Source of the DNA: Terriglobia bacterium
Lineage (GTDB): Bacteria; Acidobacteriota; Terriglobia; 20CM-2-55-15
Assembly: GCA_965198225.1 (NCBI GenBank)
Contig: CBDAOY010000006.1
Coordinates: 960,001-1,024,000, forward strand
Reading direction: 5' to 3'
DNA length: 64,000 bases
The notes beneath the pieces are model-generated. The model searched no databases. It was not told the DNA's origin and saw only the letters and a program-made list of their open reading frames with translations. A program made the position numbers and the translations under genes. Below, in pieces: positions 31,706 to 42,787 of this stretch; the first letter of the stretch is position 1; every line of letters starts with the position of its first letter.

Positions 31706-31881
31706 TCACTTCCAATCGAGTCACCCACCCGAGCCGCGACCGAGGCAGCCGAGTCACTCGACCCCGCTTGCCTCGACACCGACTCGGTTCACCGCCTCGA
31801 CTCTAAGCTGTTGATTTCAAGGGATGACTCGACGGACGCGGCCTACTGGGGGTGATGGAGTATTCGGTCAAGGCGAGAAAG

Positions 31882-34344
31882 TCATTGTGGGTAGTTGAAT
31901 CGGCGAAGGAGGTCTTGAAATCGAGGATCTGAACGGAGGGGGTCCCATGCGGGGCGACCAAGCATGGTGGGAAGCCGATCACCTTCTTTGTACGCTTGCT
32001 CGATCGTATTTAGGACACCGTCGACATCGCCCAGCTCCCGGTAAGATCGCGCCAGGACCTGCAAGGCATTGGCAAAAGCTCTGCCATCCCTGTTCCATTG
32101 TTCCAAGAGGAGCACCTGTTCTTTGAAAAAGCCTGACCACCCTGACTGATCGTAGCCCTGCTGCAAGAGCGAGCGTTCTTCGGGGCTGGCGCCTGCCAAT
32201 TCGAAATAGAGAAGATACTCGGAAAGAGCTTCCCGGTCCCTGCCCAGCGTCTGAACAATGCGCGCAAGTCTTCTATGCGACGTCCTATCGCTGGGACTCA
32301 GTCTTATCGCATTCCGAAGCAGGTCCTCCGCCTTCTCATACTCGCCCGTCCAATAAAACACAGTACCAGTGTTTCGATTGATCACGAGGGACATTGGATC
32401 AAGGCGAAGAGCTTGACTGTATGCCGATATAGCTTCGTCCATCTGACCCGCACTCCACAGAGTCGCGCCGTAAAATTGCTGGGCAGTAGCATTGCCGGGG
32501 TTCAACTCGATCGCTCGGCGGAATGCCGATTCCGACCCGCGCCGATCGAAATCCAAGTAGTAGCGGACGTAGCCCAACGCGGCATGCGCTCCTGACAGTC
32601 CTTCGTCGATCGCGAGCGCCCGCTCGGCCATTTCCTTCGCTTTGGGCAACGCCTCACTGTCCGGAATCGACGTATACGCGCTGATCACCGCGTAAACATC
32701 AGCCAACCCGACATAACCTACAGCGAAGCTCGGATCTCTCTCGATTGTTTGTTCGAACAACTCGATGGCTCGCATCAGGCCGCTCTCCGTTCTCTCGTTC
32801 CAGTGCGAACGTCCCTGCAGATACAGCTCATACACGGCAGCGTCGTTTGTGTGTCGTTCGGTGAGGGCCGTTCGTACACCACCGGCCAACTCCAACCGGA
32901 GCCCATCGGCAATCGCCAGTGACATTTCGTCTTCGATCGTAAAGACATCGCCGAACGGTCCAGTGAATCGTTGTCCCCACAGCTGCTCACCCGTGCCGAC
33001 CCGCTCCAAAGCCGCCCGAACGACTAGCGTGTCGCCGCGGCGATCGACACTTCCACTTACGACCCCACCAACCCCGAGTTGCTCCCCAAACTGGAGAGGA
33101 TCGTCTTCGCTCTGTTTAAAACGAAAAGCAGTTGTCCGCGCCATAACCGTGAGACCCGGCACTTGCGACAGCCTACCCATCAAGGTTTCCGCGATGCCGT
33201 CGCTGAGGTACTCCGAATCGGGATCACCACCGACGTTCTCGAACGGCAGAACTGCGATCGAAGTGATCGCATCCCCGTCAACCACTGGACCCACTGGCCC
33301 GATGACGCTGTACCCGATGAAGGCGACGGCAGCCAGTACAACGACGACACCTGCCAGCTGCAACCTGTGTCGCAGGACGAGGCCCATTATGACGACGGTA
33401 TCGGAGCTGAGATCACTCGACGCAGGCGGGGGCTTGAAAGTGGATGTGGCCGGAGCGGCCTGTACCGTTCCCGAGCGGCTGAAGTCTGTATCCCGCTTCA
33501 ACCTCGACAGATCAGTCCGCAGCTCCGATGCGTGCTGGTAACGGAGCTTGGAATCCTTCTCCAGCGCCTTGTTAATGACCTGCTCAAGCGCTACAGATGC
33601 GTCAGGATTGAGTTTGACCGGCGCGGTGGGGGCTAGGTGGAGGATCTGATCGAAGACCGCCGCTGACGTCGTGCCGGTGAAAGGCTGCCTGCCCGTAACG
33701 GCCTCGTAGAGCACCACGCCGAGTGAGAATAGATCCGTCCGCGCATCGACCTTCTCACCGAGGGCCTGCTCGGGCGACATATATGAAACCGTGCCGACGG
33801 TGGAACCCGCCTTCGTGAGATCGAGGTCAGGGTCCGTGCCAGTCTCAGTGTCAGCACCGGACTCCACCTTCTTCCGAGCAGCCTTTGCCAACCCAAAGTC
33901 CAGAATCTTCGCCTGCCCTCGCTCGGTGACGAACAGGTTCGCCGGTTTGATATCCCGATGGACGATCCCTTCGCTGTGGGCCGCATCCAGCGCATCGGCT
34001 AACTGAATGCCCAGGTCCAGCACCTCGTCCGTCTTCAGCGGCCCACGCAGCAGCTTCTCCCTGAGCGTCTGGCCCTTCATCAACTCCATCACGATGAACG
34101 GCTGGCCCTCGTGCTCACCGATTTCGTGGATCGTGCAGATGTTAGGGTGATTGAGTGCAGACGCCGCCCGGGCTTCGCGCTTGAACCGCTCCACGGCCTG
34201 ACGGTCGTTGACGATGTCGGGAGGCAGGAACTTCAGCGCCACCTGACGCTGGAGGGAGGTATCTTCGGCCCGGTAGACCACACCCATACCTCCGCCCCCG
34301 ATCTGTTCGAGGACTTTGTAGTGGGATATGGTCTGGCCGATCAT
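31882..34344 (-). CDS. Ser/Thr kinase-TM-TolB-N-TPR protein (type C)
   Basis: MIGQTISHY, kinase motifs, [17 protein letters not shown], TPRs, [15 protein letters not shown]. Confidence 0.92.
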   Translation of the reverse strand: MIGQTISHYKVLEQIGGGGMGVVYRAEDTSLQRQVALKFLPPDIVNDRQAVERFKREARAASALNHPNICTIHEIGEHEGQPFIVMELMKGQTLREKLLRGPLKTDEVLDLGIQLADALDAAHSEGIVHRDIKPANLFVTERGQAKILDFGLAKAARKKVESGADTETGTDPDLDLTKAGSTVGTVSYMSPEQALGEKVDARTDLFSLGVVLYEAVTGRQPFTGTTSAAVFDQILHLAPTAPVKLNPDASVALEQVINKALEKDSKLRYQHASELRTDLSRLKRDTDFSRSGTVQAAPATSTFKPPPASSDLSSDTVVIMGLVLRHRLQLAGVVVVLAAVAFIGYSVIGPVGPVVDGDAITSIAVLPFENVGGDPDSEYLSDGIAETLMGRLSQVPGLTVMARTTAFRFKQSEDDPLQFGEQLGVGGVVSGSVDRRGDTLVVRAALERVGTGEQLWGQRFTGPFGDVFTIEDEMSLAIADGLRLELAGGVRTALTERHTNDAAVYELYLQGRSHWNERTESGLMRAIELFEQTIERDPSFAVGYVGLADVYAVISAYTSIPDSEALPKAKEMAERALAIDEGLSGAHAALGYVRYYLDFDRRGSESAFRRAIELNPGNATAQQFYGATLWSAGQMDEAISAYSQALRLDPMSLVINRNTGTVFYWTGEYEKAEDLLRNAIRLSPSDRTSHRRLARIVQTLGRDREALSEYLLYFELAGASPEERSLLQQGYDQSGWSGFFKEQVLLLEQWNRDGRAFANALQVLARSYRELGDVDGVLNTIEQAYKEGDRLPTMLGRPAWDPLRSDPRFQDLLRRFNYPQ

Positions 34345-34347
34345 TGA

Positions 34348-35007
34348 TCAACTTCCCCTGAGTTCACTGCATAGTCCCTTGGCTACTATGAGTTCTTGGA
34401 CCAGCTCCTCGAAGGTCGCGACATCCACGACATCCTCAGATAGGAATCCATCGAGCTTCGCGAGTATGCGGTTGGCCAGAATGGACAGGGCTGCCACCTT
34501 CCTGTGAAGGGGTTCGTCCGTGAACGTCGTGGAAGCCCGGAAGCGACGACCATCGAGGAGAAATCGGATCATTCCGTCCAGTCGTTTTTCCAATTCCCGA
34601 GCTTCCTCATCCACGGCCCGTCTTGCCCAGCGTTGCGACATGTCGGCGTACCGGTAATGGGAGAGACTCCAGGCCCTATTGTAGAAATCACGAGAATCCT
34701 GCAGGAACCTGTCTTCTTTGGCCCGCTCCTTGCGTCGCAGCGCCTCCTCACGCTCCAGGAACCGAGTCTCGATGGCGTCCTCCCCCCTGAACATCCTCTC
34801 TTGAATGTTGAGCAGCTCTGGGTCGGTAAAGGCCGGGGGTGTCTCGACAGGAGGTGGAGAGACGTAGGGTTCCGGGGCGGGAGCCGGTTTAGCGGGAGGC
34901 GTTGGCTGCTGTGTCGGGGTTTGTTGCTGTTGAGACGTTCCCAGCAGAGGGACCACGACCAGCAAGAACACTGTTTGGAGCATCGTTTCTACCGCCTGTC
35001 GAATCAT
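34348..35007 (-). CDS. Exported/membrane-anchored hypothetical protein
   Basis: Hydrophobic N-terminus, Q/P linker, helical domain; ATGA-coupled to the kinase upstream. Confidence 0.6.
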   Translation of the reverse strand: MIRQAVETMLQTVFLLVVVPLLGTSQQQQTPTQQPTPPAKPAPAPEPYVSPPPVETPPAFTDPELLNIQERMFRGEDAIETRFLEREEALRRKERAKEDRFLQDSRDFYNRAWSLSHYRYADMSQRWARRAVDEEARELEKRLDGMIRFLLDGRRFRASTTFTDEPLHRKVAALSILANRILAKLDGFLSEDVVDVATFEELVQELIVAKGLCSELRGS

Positions 35008-37667
35008 GGTACCGGCACCCGTTCCTTCAGTTCTTCAAACCAGTTGAGGACGACAAAAATGGGATCCGTTCTCCCCGTCATTACAGGTTTGACCATCAAG
35101 AATCGATCGCCGTCAGGATGAACGTCGTAACCCTGAGAATTCGTATCGCCATGATATGTTCCCTCGAATAGTTCGAGCGGGTTTCCTGGTGTGAAACCTG
35201 TGCTTGGATCAATATCGACCATCATCAAACGGGTATCGGACCGGTAGAAGAGCCCTGTTCCGTCTGGCGACCACACGGGTTCCGAACCCCCGATGGCCGA
35301 AATCCGATACTTAGCACCGGTCTGAGGATAAGGTTGGACAAACACTTCGTCCTGACCCAACTCATTGGACGTATAAGCCACCCACGCTCCGTTCGGCGAG
35401 AACATCGGTCCTCGTTCGTTGGCCGGTGTATCGAGAAACACTGATGCTTCTCTCGAATCCATGTCAAAGATCCCGATGCGCCGGTTACCACCATCGTTCC
35501 AGTAGATCGTCATCTTTGACCCATCAGGAGACCAGGAAATCGGGAAAGTCCGCCCGCCGCTCTCCGGCAGCAGGAGTTCCGGCGCAGAACTTCCGTCTGC
35601 TGGCATCCACTGAAGGCCAGGTCCGTCGAGTGTCGGCCCACGAAAGCCTAGTCTTCTAGCATCGGGGGTCCAAGTCGGATTTTGTTCGCCTCCATCCGTA
35701 AATGTAAGCTGGCTGTAGTTACCGCTGGAAATCTCAATCAATCCGATCTCAGTTCCCGATCCTTCTCGAATGATCTCAAAGGCAATGCGCCGCCCGTCGG
35801 GGGACACTCGGGGAAACTGATAGCTTCCTGGTTCCTGAGTGAGGTTAGTTTCGTTACCGTCCCGGTCTACCCAGACCAGGTGCCTTGCACTCCCGGCCGC
35901 CCCACCTGCCCGAGGCACATAAACAAGCGTCCCGCCAGCAGAAAAACCGTAGTTGGCGCTCGCGCCGCCGAGGGCTCTCTTGACAGGGTCCAGGACAGCG
36001 ACAGGTCCTCCAGTCCTCTCCAGCCTGCTCAGGTCGAACGGCACGGCAAACAGTACGTTTTCGAGAGCGTACACGACGTGCCCGGTCGGCACGTACGTCC
36101 CATCACTCCCCCCCTCTACAACAACCTTCCGATCGTCCGTCCCCAGGGATTCCACGACAACCTGACCTTCATTCCAGCGGTTACCTCCGGCTGTGCTTGC
36201 AAGGGAGAACAGCACTTCGTCTCCGCCCGGCAGCAACTGCGGGCTTGCGGCCTGCTCGCCTTCGGCGGTAGCGATCAACAGCGTAGGCTCTCCCCCGTTT
36301 TCAGAGACGCGCATGATGCCTTCCGGCTGACTGAACAGGATCGAACCGTCCCCGCTCCAGCTCGCACCTCCGGGCGGCACCGCGTCGCAAAGCCGTATGG
36401 AGGTACCGCCGGTAATGGCAATTTTTTTCAACTGGCCATCTGAGAACGAGTAGAAGCCGATCCATTCCCCGTCCGGTGAAAAGAACGGGCCGGACACATC
36501 TTCGTCGGTTCCGGGAATCGGTCTGGCTTCCATCTCGCCCAGGTTTCGAAGGTGCAGTTGCTGGTCGGCGACGTAGACAAATTGTGTTCCGTCGGGTGAG
36601 ATGGCTACCAGAGACCTTCCAGGCCGGCTGAATGCCTGGCCCTCGGGTAGCAAAAACGGGAAGCGGGTAACGGGCTTCGCTAGGGACGGTTTCAGCGCCC
36701 AGACCGCGATCGCGGTAAGCGCGACCGCGAGCACCATGGCTGCAACCCAGGGAAGTGTCGATCGTGGCCTTGCTGAAATGACATCGGCAGCCGGTTGCAC
36801 CAACAAGCCATTCGGATCCGCCAAAGCCTGTTCAATCTCAATCCGCACATCTCCAGCAGCCTGCCACCGGTCCTTCGGTTCCTTGTTCAGACACCGTCGG
36901 AGTAGAGGCTGAATACTCGGGTGCAGGCTCGTTTGCAGTGTCGTGTACTCCGGGTCGCGGGCAAGAACGGATGCCATCACATCCGACACCAGTTCACCCT
37001 GGAACGCTTGCCGCCCGGTCAGCATCTCGAACAGGATGCAGCCGAATGCCCAAATGTCCGCCCGTTTGTCCACTGGCACACCACGGGCTTGCTCTGGACT
37101 CATGTAGGCCGCAGTACCCAGAATCACGCCTTGTTGCGTGGCGGCAAGACTCAAGGTAGGCGACTGCGATAAGTTGGCATCCGTCCCATCCCCCGCAAAC
37201 GCCTTCGCCAACCCGAAGTCCAGCACCTTCACCTTGCCGTCGGGCGTGACCTTGATGTTGGCGGGCTTCAGGTCGCGGTGGATGACGCCCTTCTCGTGTG
37301 CGGCTTCGAGGGCTTCGGCAATCTGGAGCGCGAGTTTGAGGGATTCTTCGACAGGGATAGCGCCCCGCTTCAACCGGTCAGCCAGCGTGTCGCCTTCGAC
37401 GAGTTCGAGGACCAGGAACCGGGTGCCGTTATGCTCCTCCAGACCATGGATCGTCGCGATGTTGGGGTGGTTGAGCGACGCCAGCAGTTTCGCTTCGCGC
37501 TCAAACCGGGCCAGACGCTCTTCGTCTTTGGCGAACTCTTCGGGAAGGGTCTTGATGGCTACTTCGCGACCGAGCTTCGAGTCCCGCGCACGCCACACCT
37601 CCTCCATGCCGCCCTTGCCGAGTGGGGAGAGGATCTCGTAACTGCCGAGTTGGGTGCCCGATTTCAT
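35004..37667 (-). CDS. Ser/Thr kinase-TM-beta-propeller receptor (type B)
   Basis: Start MKSGTQLGSY; HRDLKPAN, DFG; Gly loop reads GKGGMEE; NWFEELKERVPVP tail. Confidence 0.92.
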   Translation of the reverse strand: MKSGTQLGSYEILSPLGKGGMEEVWRARDSKLGREVAIKTLPEEFAKDEERLARFEREAKLLASLNHPNIATIHGLEEHNGTRFLVLELVEGDTLADRLKRGAIPVEESLKLALQIAEALEAAHEKGVIHRDLKPANIKVTPDGKVKVLDFGLAKAFAGDGTDANLSQSPTLSLAATQQGVILGTAAYMSPEQARGVPVDKRADIWAFGCILFEMLTGRQAFQGELVSDVMASVLARDPEYTTLQTSLHPSIQPLLRRCLNKEPKDRWQAAGDVRIEIEQALADPNGLLVQPAADVISARPRSTLPWVAAMVLAVALTAIAVWALKPSLAKPVTRFPFLLPEGQAFSRPGRSLVAISPDGTQFVYVADQQLHLRNLGEMEARPIPGTDEDVSGPFFSPDGEWIGFYSFSDGQLKKIAITGGTSIRLCDAVPPGGASWSGDGSILFSQPEGIMRVSENGGEPTLLIATAEGEQAASPQLLPGGDEVLFSLASTAGGNRWNEGQVVVESLGTDDRKVVVEGGSDGTYVPTGHVVYALENVLFAVPFDLSRLERTGGPVAVLDPVKRALGGASANYGFSAGGTLVYVPRAGGAAGSARHLVWVDRDGNETNLTQEPGSYQFPRVSPDGRRIAFEIIREGSGTEIGLIEISSGNYSQLTFTDGGEQNPTWTPDARRLGFRGPTLDGPGLQWMPADGSSAPELLLPESGGRTFPISWSPDGSKMTIYWNDGGNRRIGIFDMDSREASVFLDTPANERGPMFSPNGAWVAYTSNELGQDEVFVQPYPQTGAKYRISAIGGSEPVWSPDGTGLFYRSDTRLMMVDIDPSTGFTPGNPLELFEGTYHGDTNSQGYDVHPDGDRFLMVKPVMTGRTDPIFVVLNWFEELKERVPVP

Positions 37668-37669
37668 CG

Positions 37670-40346
37670 TTAGTTGCCTGTGGGGACAAGGCGTGTCAAC
37701 TCTTCGAACCAATTCTGCACGACTACGATCTCCGTTTCCGGATCGGAAACGGGTAGCCTGATCATGAGAAAACGTTCGCCGTCGTGGGAGACGTCGTACG
37801 CCGGGCCCGGATTCCTCGCGGTCGAATAACGTTCGTTCGTCATTCGATCAACCAGAGGAAACAAAGGTCGGTATTCACCCAGCCGAATGGGATCTCCTTC
37901 CTCGATCGCGATGGCGGCAAGCTCCCCCGCCGCATTCTTGAAGAACAATTCTCGCCCGTCGGGTCGCCAGATGGGCTCCCATCCTCCACCGTTGGATACT
38001 TGAATTTTGCTTCCGCCGTCCGGAAACCGAGCCACGTAGATTTCCGGAGTGTCCGATTCGGTCGAGCCGTAGGCGATCCATTGGCCGTCGGGGGAAAAGG
38101 TAGGCGTGTATTCCTCGAACCCGGAGTCTGCGAAAGCGAACGGTTCCCCGCCATCTCGCACCGGCAGAACATGAATGTCAAACTGAGGCGCAGAGGTCAC
38201 GTAGGCCAGCCAGGCACCGTCGGGGGACCACGACCCGGGGCGCTGGAGTAATTCGTCGCTCGTCAACGGGACGACTGTCCTTCTGTCGATGTCGAGAAGA
38301 GACAGGTGCGAACCGCCCAGCGTCAGTTGCCCATTCGGATGCCAGATCGGTTGATCAACCCTGGGCTCGGAAGTATTAAGCAGGGTCGGGATTCCGCGAG
38401 CCAACTCGAAAAGATAGATCTGTGAGGTGACGAGTCCCACCTTAACCAGCGCCCTCTCCCCGTCCGGCGACATCCTTACCGTCTTTGCTTCCTGAGGCAA
38501 TTGCCCCAACAGATCGAACTCGCCCGTTCGGCTCACCCAACCTACTTTCGGCTCGACGGACGCGGGCCTTGCGGGTTTGTAGACCAATGTTCCGGTCCTC
38601 GAGACGGCCATCTGGCGGACAAGCCCCGTTGGCATTTCTTTGGCGACGGCATCCGGCAAAGGTAGAGCCTGCCCCACGATCCGATGTTGGCCCTCGTCAA
38701 ACTCCACTGCCATCAGGACGTCATTTCTGGAGAACAACAAGTGCCCCGTGGCGGTGATCTCGAACAACACCGCGTTCTCCAGGACCGTCAGTCGTTCGCC
38801 GGTGTCGCTTCGCAACAGTTCGATGTTTGTGCTGAGGTCCGCACCGATCAGCGTAAACAGGATGTCACCCGTGTTGGGAACAATCGTCGGATTGAAGTGA
38901 AATTCTCCTTGCTGGGGATCGATCGTGGTCAGTGATTCGGGCATGCCGCCCCCCGCCGACACTCGTTGGATATTTCCGATAGCCGAAAAGATGATCGTGT
39001 CATCGTTTCCCCATGAACCGAACCCGAGCTGGGCGTTTCCAATCCCCTCAAGCAACGTCACCGGGTCACCGCCCTCCAGGGACAGCTTCTTGAGTTCCCC
39101 TTCCAGAGTGAAAAAAGCGATCCATTTTCCGTCGGGCGAAAAAAAAGGTTGGGTCGCCTTGTCGGTTCCGGTCAGGGGTTCGAGGGTCAACTCTTCCATC
39201 GATCTCAGATAGAGCCTGGAGTCCGCCCTGGTCTCTCCTCCCACGTGGACTACGCTCCTCCCATCGGCTGATATGGCCAGGCCCAGCGTGGGGACGCCGC
39301 CGAGATCGAGTTGAGCGTGTTGCGGTAGCGTTACTGAAGTGCGAGTGATCTGGGGCGGTAGATCCCGGCCGGTGAAGCTCCAGACAACGAGGCTGAGGGC
39401 GAGAAGGCCAAAGGCGAGGGCCAGGCCCCAGGCCAGGCGGCTCTGATTAGCCGCCGGGACGCTGTCGGCCTTGACGACTTCCTCGTCGCCGCCGAGGGTT
39501 AGAATCCATCGCAGCTCATCCATGACGTCCCATGCCCTCTGCCATCGCTGATCCGGATCCTTTGCCATGCAGCGTTTCAAGGTTCGATCTAGAGAACGGG
39601 GTGACAGCGGCTGGGCGGCGGCAATTGGAGTCGGCTCGCTCCCCATGATAGACGCGATCAAGCTCGCCTGACTTGCGCCGGCGAATGCCTTCTGTCTCGT
39701 GAACGAGCGCTCCAAAAGCAAAAATATCCGTCCGGGCGTCGGCCTCCTTGCCTTCCAACTGCTCCGGCGCCATGTACTGAAGCGTCCCCAGTATCGTGCC
39801 CTCCTGGGTCAAAGGAGCTGGGGCATCCACAGTGGGTGTTTGAGAGAGGGGGGAGATTTCGGTGTCATCTCCCTTCAGTTTCGCCAACCCGAAGTCCAAC
39901 AACTTCGTTCCCGACTTCGTGATCATGATGTTGCCGGGCTTGAGGTCCCGATGCACCACACCCTGCCGGTGAGCCTTGTCCAGTGCGTCAGCGATTTGGA
40001 TCGCGTATTCCAACGCCTGATCGAGTGGCAGCCGCCCCTTCTCCAACCGCTGCTGGAGCGCGTCGCCCTCCACCAGTTCCATGACGAGGTAGTGAATCCC
40101 GTCCTGTTCGCCGATGTCGTGGAGCGTGCAGATATGCGGATGGTTCAGGCTGCTGACCGCGCGGGCTTCACGCTCGAAGCGTTCCCGGCGTTGCGGGTCG
40201 GCGGCGAGGTGTTCAGGAAGGATTTTGATGGCAACCGTGCGGCCCAGTCGGGTGTCGGTGGCGCGATACACCTCTCCCATACCGCCGGCACCGAGTTGGT
40301 CGGCGATTTCGTATGGGCCTAAACGAGTACCTGCTGCCAGAGACAC
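37670..40346 (-). pseudogene. Type A kinase-propeller gene, frameshifted near 39695
   Basis: Kinase frame ends DIFAFGALVHE and resumes QKAFAG in another frame; the MVTG of paralogues is missing (about 11-nt deletion). Confidence 0.88.
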
Positions 40347-40391
40347 ATCGCACCCCGTTTTGTTGTGATCCGTCCCCGTAGAACTGGGTAA

Positions 40392-40420
40392 GTATTACGG
40401 AAGGAAGGGGTTGGAAGCAA
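40392..40420 (-). promoter_or_regulatory. Sigma70-like promoter of kinase 40346
   Basis: TTGCTT-N17-TAATAC, spacer homologous to 28350. Confidence 0.6.
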
Positions 40421-40583
40421 TCAAACTGTCACCTGGATGAGTGATGCCGGCTTCTGAAGTTTGACCCCGTTTGTTCGGTTAGGTGTGGCTGCATTTGGGG
40501 CATTTGCCATTTACACCTATCAGATTCAGGATGGTGGTTCAGTTTGTTGGCTTAAGCCGTCGGTTGGATGCAAACCGTTTCGT

Positions 40584-40880
40584 TTACGCTGCCGACTCAA
40601 TGTTCTCGCGGATGATTCGGGGGTGGCGCGCCGCAATCCTCAAAAGCGCGATCGCCGGGCCCTCTGGATGCCGACGGCCCTGCTCCCAGTTGCGAAGCGT
40701 GTGGACGCTGATACCAATCGCTTTCGCGAACCGTACTTGGGTGAGTCCAACAAAACGCCTCAACGTGGCAACATCCTTGCCTGACTTGAAATCACCACTC
40801 ACTAGACGTTTTCGCACTCTCGCGGGAATCGCCCTGGCGAACTGTTCAGCGCTCAACTCCGGCATGTCTGTTACTTCCAT
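40584..40880 (-). CDS. XRE-type HTH antitoxin-like protein
   Basis: LTQVRFAKAIGISVHTLRNWEQGRRHPEGPA. Confidence 0.8.
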   Translation of the reverse strand: MEVTDMPELSAEQFARAIPARVRKRLVSGDFKSGKDVATLRRFVGLTQVRFAKAIGISVHTLRNWEQGRRHPEGPAIALLRIAARHPRIIRENIESAA

Positions 40881-41158
40881 CGTCCTATGTGTGACCTATA
40901 TAGTCTTTGCTCGCGCTTCGTGGCGAAGCGCGCACTGATGATTCGAATCGTTTCCTCGTCACGCTCGGTCCAGACGACGAGGACAATGCCACGATCGATC
41001 GGTCCGATCGCGATGAAGCGTTCTTCGAGTTCGGAATGCGCCGTATCGAAAACCTCAAGGTAATCACCTGATGCGAAGAGTTCAGAGGCCTCGTTAAACG
41101 AGACGCCATGCTTCGTCTGGTTCGCGAGGTTCTTGGCATCATCCCAGGACACCTTCAC
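40871..41158 (-). CDS. BrnT-family toxin (DUF497)
   Basis: WDDAKNLANQTKHGVSF, EERFIAIG, IRIISARFATKRE. Confidence 0.88.
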   Translation of the reverse strand: MKVSWDDAKNLANQTKHGVSFNEASELFASGDYLEVFDTAHSELEERFIAIGPIDRGIVLVVWTERDEETIRIISARFATKREQRLYRSHIGRWK

Positions 41159-41258
41159 CTCACCAGTGTAAGTCAATGACGGACTAAGTCAACAGCTTAC
41201 ATCGAGACTCTGAGACTTATTCGTGGTGGCACCAACAAGAAAGGCCACCTTTCGGTGA

Positions 41259-41470
41259 GGTGGGCTTCGACGGCGCCGGTTCACGGATTCGTCCAAAGAG
41301 AGTGCGAGGCGCCTTCCCGCTTCAGATGACAACCATGTTTGCGCAGGTGCCGAAGCAGGCTGCCGCGCTTGATTTCACAATTACGGTTTCACGTGCAGCG
41401 TCGGGTGGCACGCCCCGCAGGCCTTCCTCACGTCGATCCTCGAGAGAGAGGACAAGATCCTCCGCTACCA
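41259..41470 (-). pseudogene. hicB-hicA toxin-antitoxin remnant
   Basis: My translation gives LEDRREEGLRGVPPDA (HicB-like end), then KRGSLLRHLRKHGCHLKREGASHSLWTNP* (HicA-like). Confidence 0.65.
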
Positions 41471-41492
41471 TCTGCTCGAAAGTCCCCTTCTG

Positions 41493-41582
41493 CAACAAAA
41501 AAGGCCACCTTCCGGTGACCTTCTTCGTTCGCTTTTGATTGCGGGGGAGGGATTTGAACCCCCGACCTTTGGGTTATGAGCC
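41493..41582 (-). repeat. att direct repeat (displaced 3' half of tRNA-fMet plus trailer)
   Basis: 90 bp near-identical to 62041-62130; 48 bp exact. Confidence 0.95.
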
Positions 41583-42005
41583 GGACCTAATAATAGCCCG
41601 TCTTTGCTTTTCAGTTAGTTAGGTACATGTTGTTGGCTGGTATTTCCTGGTGTTCGGGCGATTCTGTTCCCAATTTGTTCCCCGAAAACTGCCGATCTGT
41701 TCCCAAAACGTGTGATGCGCGCGTCCGAAGGGTATGTTTTCGCCCCCTCACCACCGGCCAACCCAGGGAATCTAGCGTGCTAGTTTTGTGTCATCCACCC
41801 CGCACGACCTAACCTCCGTGTCGGCTGGGGTGTAGACGTCAAGACTCGAGGAGAACTTGAAGTCTCGTTGGAGACGAGTTTCGATCGAGGTGCTGGGTTA
41901 TTGGAATAAGGTCGATCCCCGCGGTGTTGTTTAAACGCAACGTCCTGCTCGACGGTAGTCGAGATTGACCCTGCGACCTCCGGCATTGTCTCGGATCATC
42001 AGCCC

Positions 42006-42287
42006 ATGCTGGCGCCCCTCGAGACCGATGCCATCGCCAAGGACTGGCGCGATCGAGGCTTCTCGTGCGGTGTGTGGGTCGATCCGCCAGGCCAGGTCTG
42101 GGCAGACTTCGTTCACGACACCGACGAGCTGGTGATGGTTGTGGAGGGTAAGGTTGAATCCGAGATCGACGACGAGCTTCATCGCGTCGGGCCAGGCGAG
42201 GAGTTGCTCATCCCCGCTAGAGCCAACCACACTGTCCGCAACCTCGGTAGAACGACAGCGCGATGGCTCTACGGCTACAAGCGATGA
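42006..42287 (+). CDS. Cupin-domain protein
   Basis: HDTDELVMVVEG ... PGEELLIPARANHTVRN. Confidence 0.8.
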   Translation: MLAPLETDAIAKDWRDRGFSCGVWVDPPGQVWADFVHDTDELVMVVEGKVESEIDDELHRVGPGEELLIPARANHTVRNLGRTTARWLYGYKR

Positions 42288-42672
42288 CGACCCGCCCATT
42301 CCTGGTCGTGTGCTCTCGCGTTGAAGTAGCTGAGCCCCAGCAGACCGATCAGCCCGATACCCAGTTCGTTGTTGGCAGGATCTTGGAGAATAGAAACGTT
42401 CCGGTCGCGACTTGATACGCTCCGCTGGCCATCAAACCGGTGATGACAGGGAAGATGGTGAGGGAGAAGCACGCCCTTGCGTTCTACCGGTGCTTCTGGT
42501 AGCCCCAGATCAAGAGGAAGGTCCAGCCAAACATCAGCGATGCCGCCAAGCCCATTGCGTAGCTGAACTCAGCCTCTCCCATTCGAGATGGGATGAGGCT
42601 CAGGATTCCGACGATAGCGTCGGCGACAGCACCCACCACGAAGCTTGTCCTCAGCCAACGAACGGGCGTCAT
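42275..42672 (-). pseudogene. Frameshifted membrane-protein cassette gene
   Basis: Hydrophobic helices continue across frames (..IWGYQK / PVERKGV / TIFPVITGL / GLIGLLGLSY). Confidence 0.5.
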
Positions 42673-42691
42673 TATGTCTTCGTGCAGTCGA

Positions 42692-42787
42692 GTTCCACAA
42701 TCTGTTCACCTAAGGCGGCAGAACTCACTTCTCTTTGGACTCGAGCAGATTACCGTGGCCGCGGTCAGGTGCAGCCGCTTGTCGGGC
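42692..42787 (-). other. Degenerate attC site
   Basis: GCCCGAC-AAGCG-GCTGCACCT ... AGGTGAAC; AAC changed to GAC and the GTT core lost. Confidence 0.55.

Noticed and set aside
39690-39720. Programmed frameshift in kinase 40346
   Set aside because: Conserved residues are missing and there is no slippery site; it is a deletion or an error
41535-41582. Second tRNA-Met gene
   Set aside because: Only the 3' half is present; it is the att repeat
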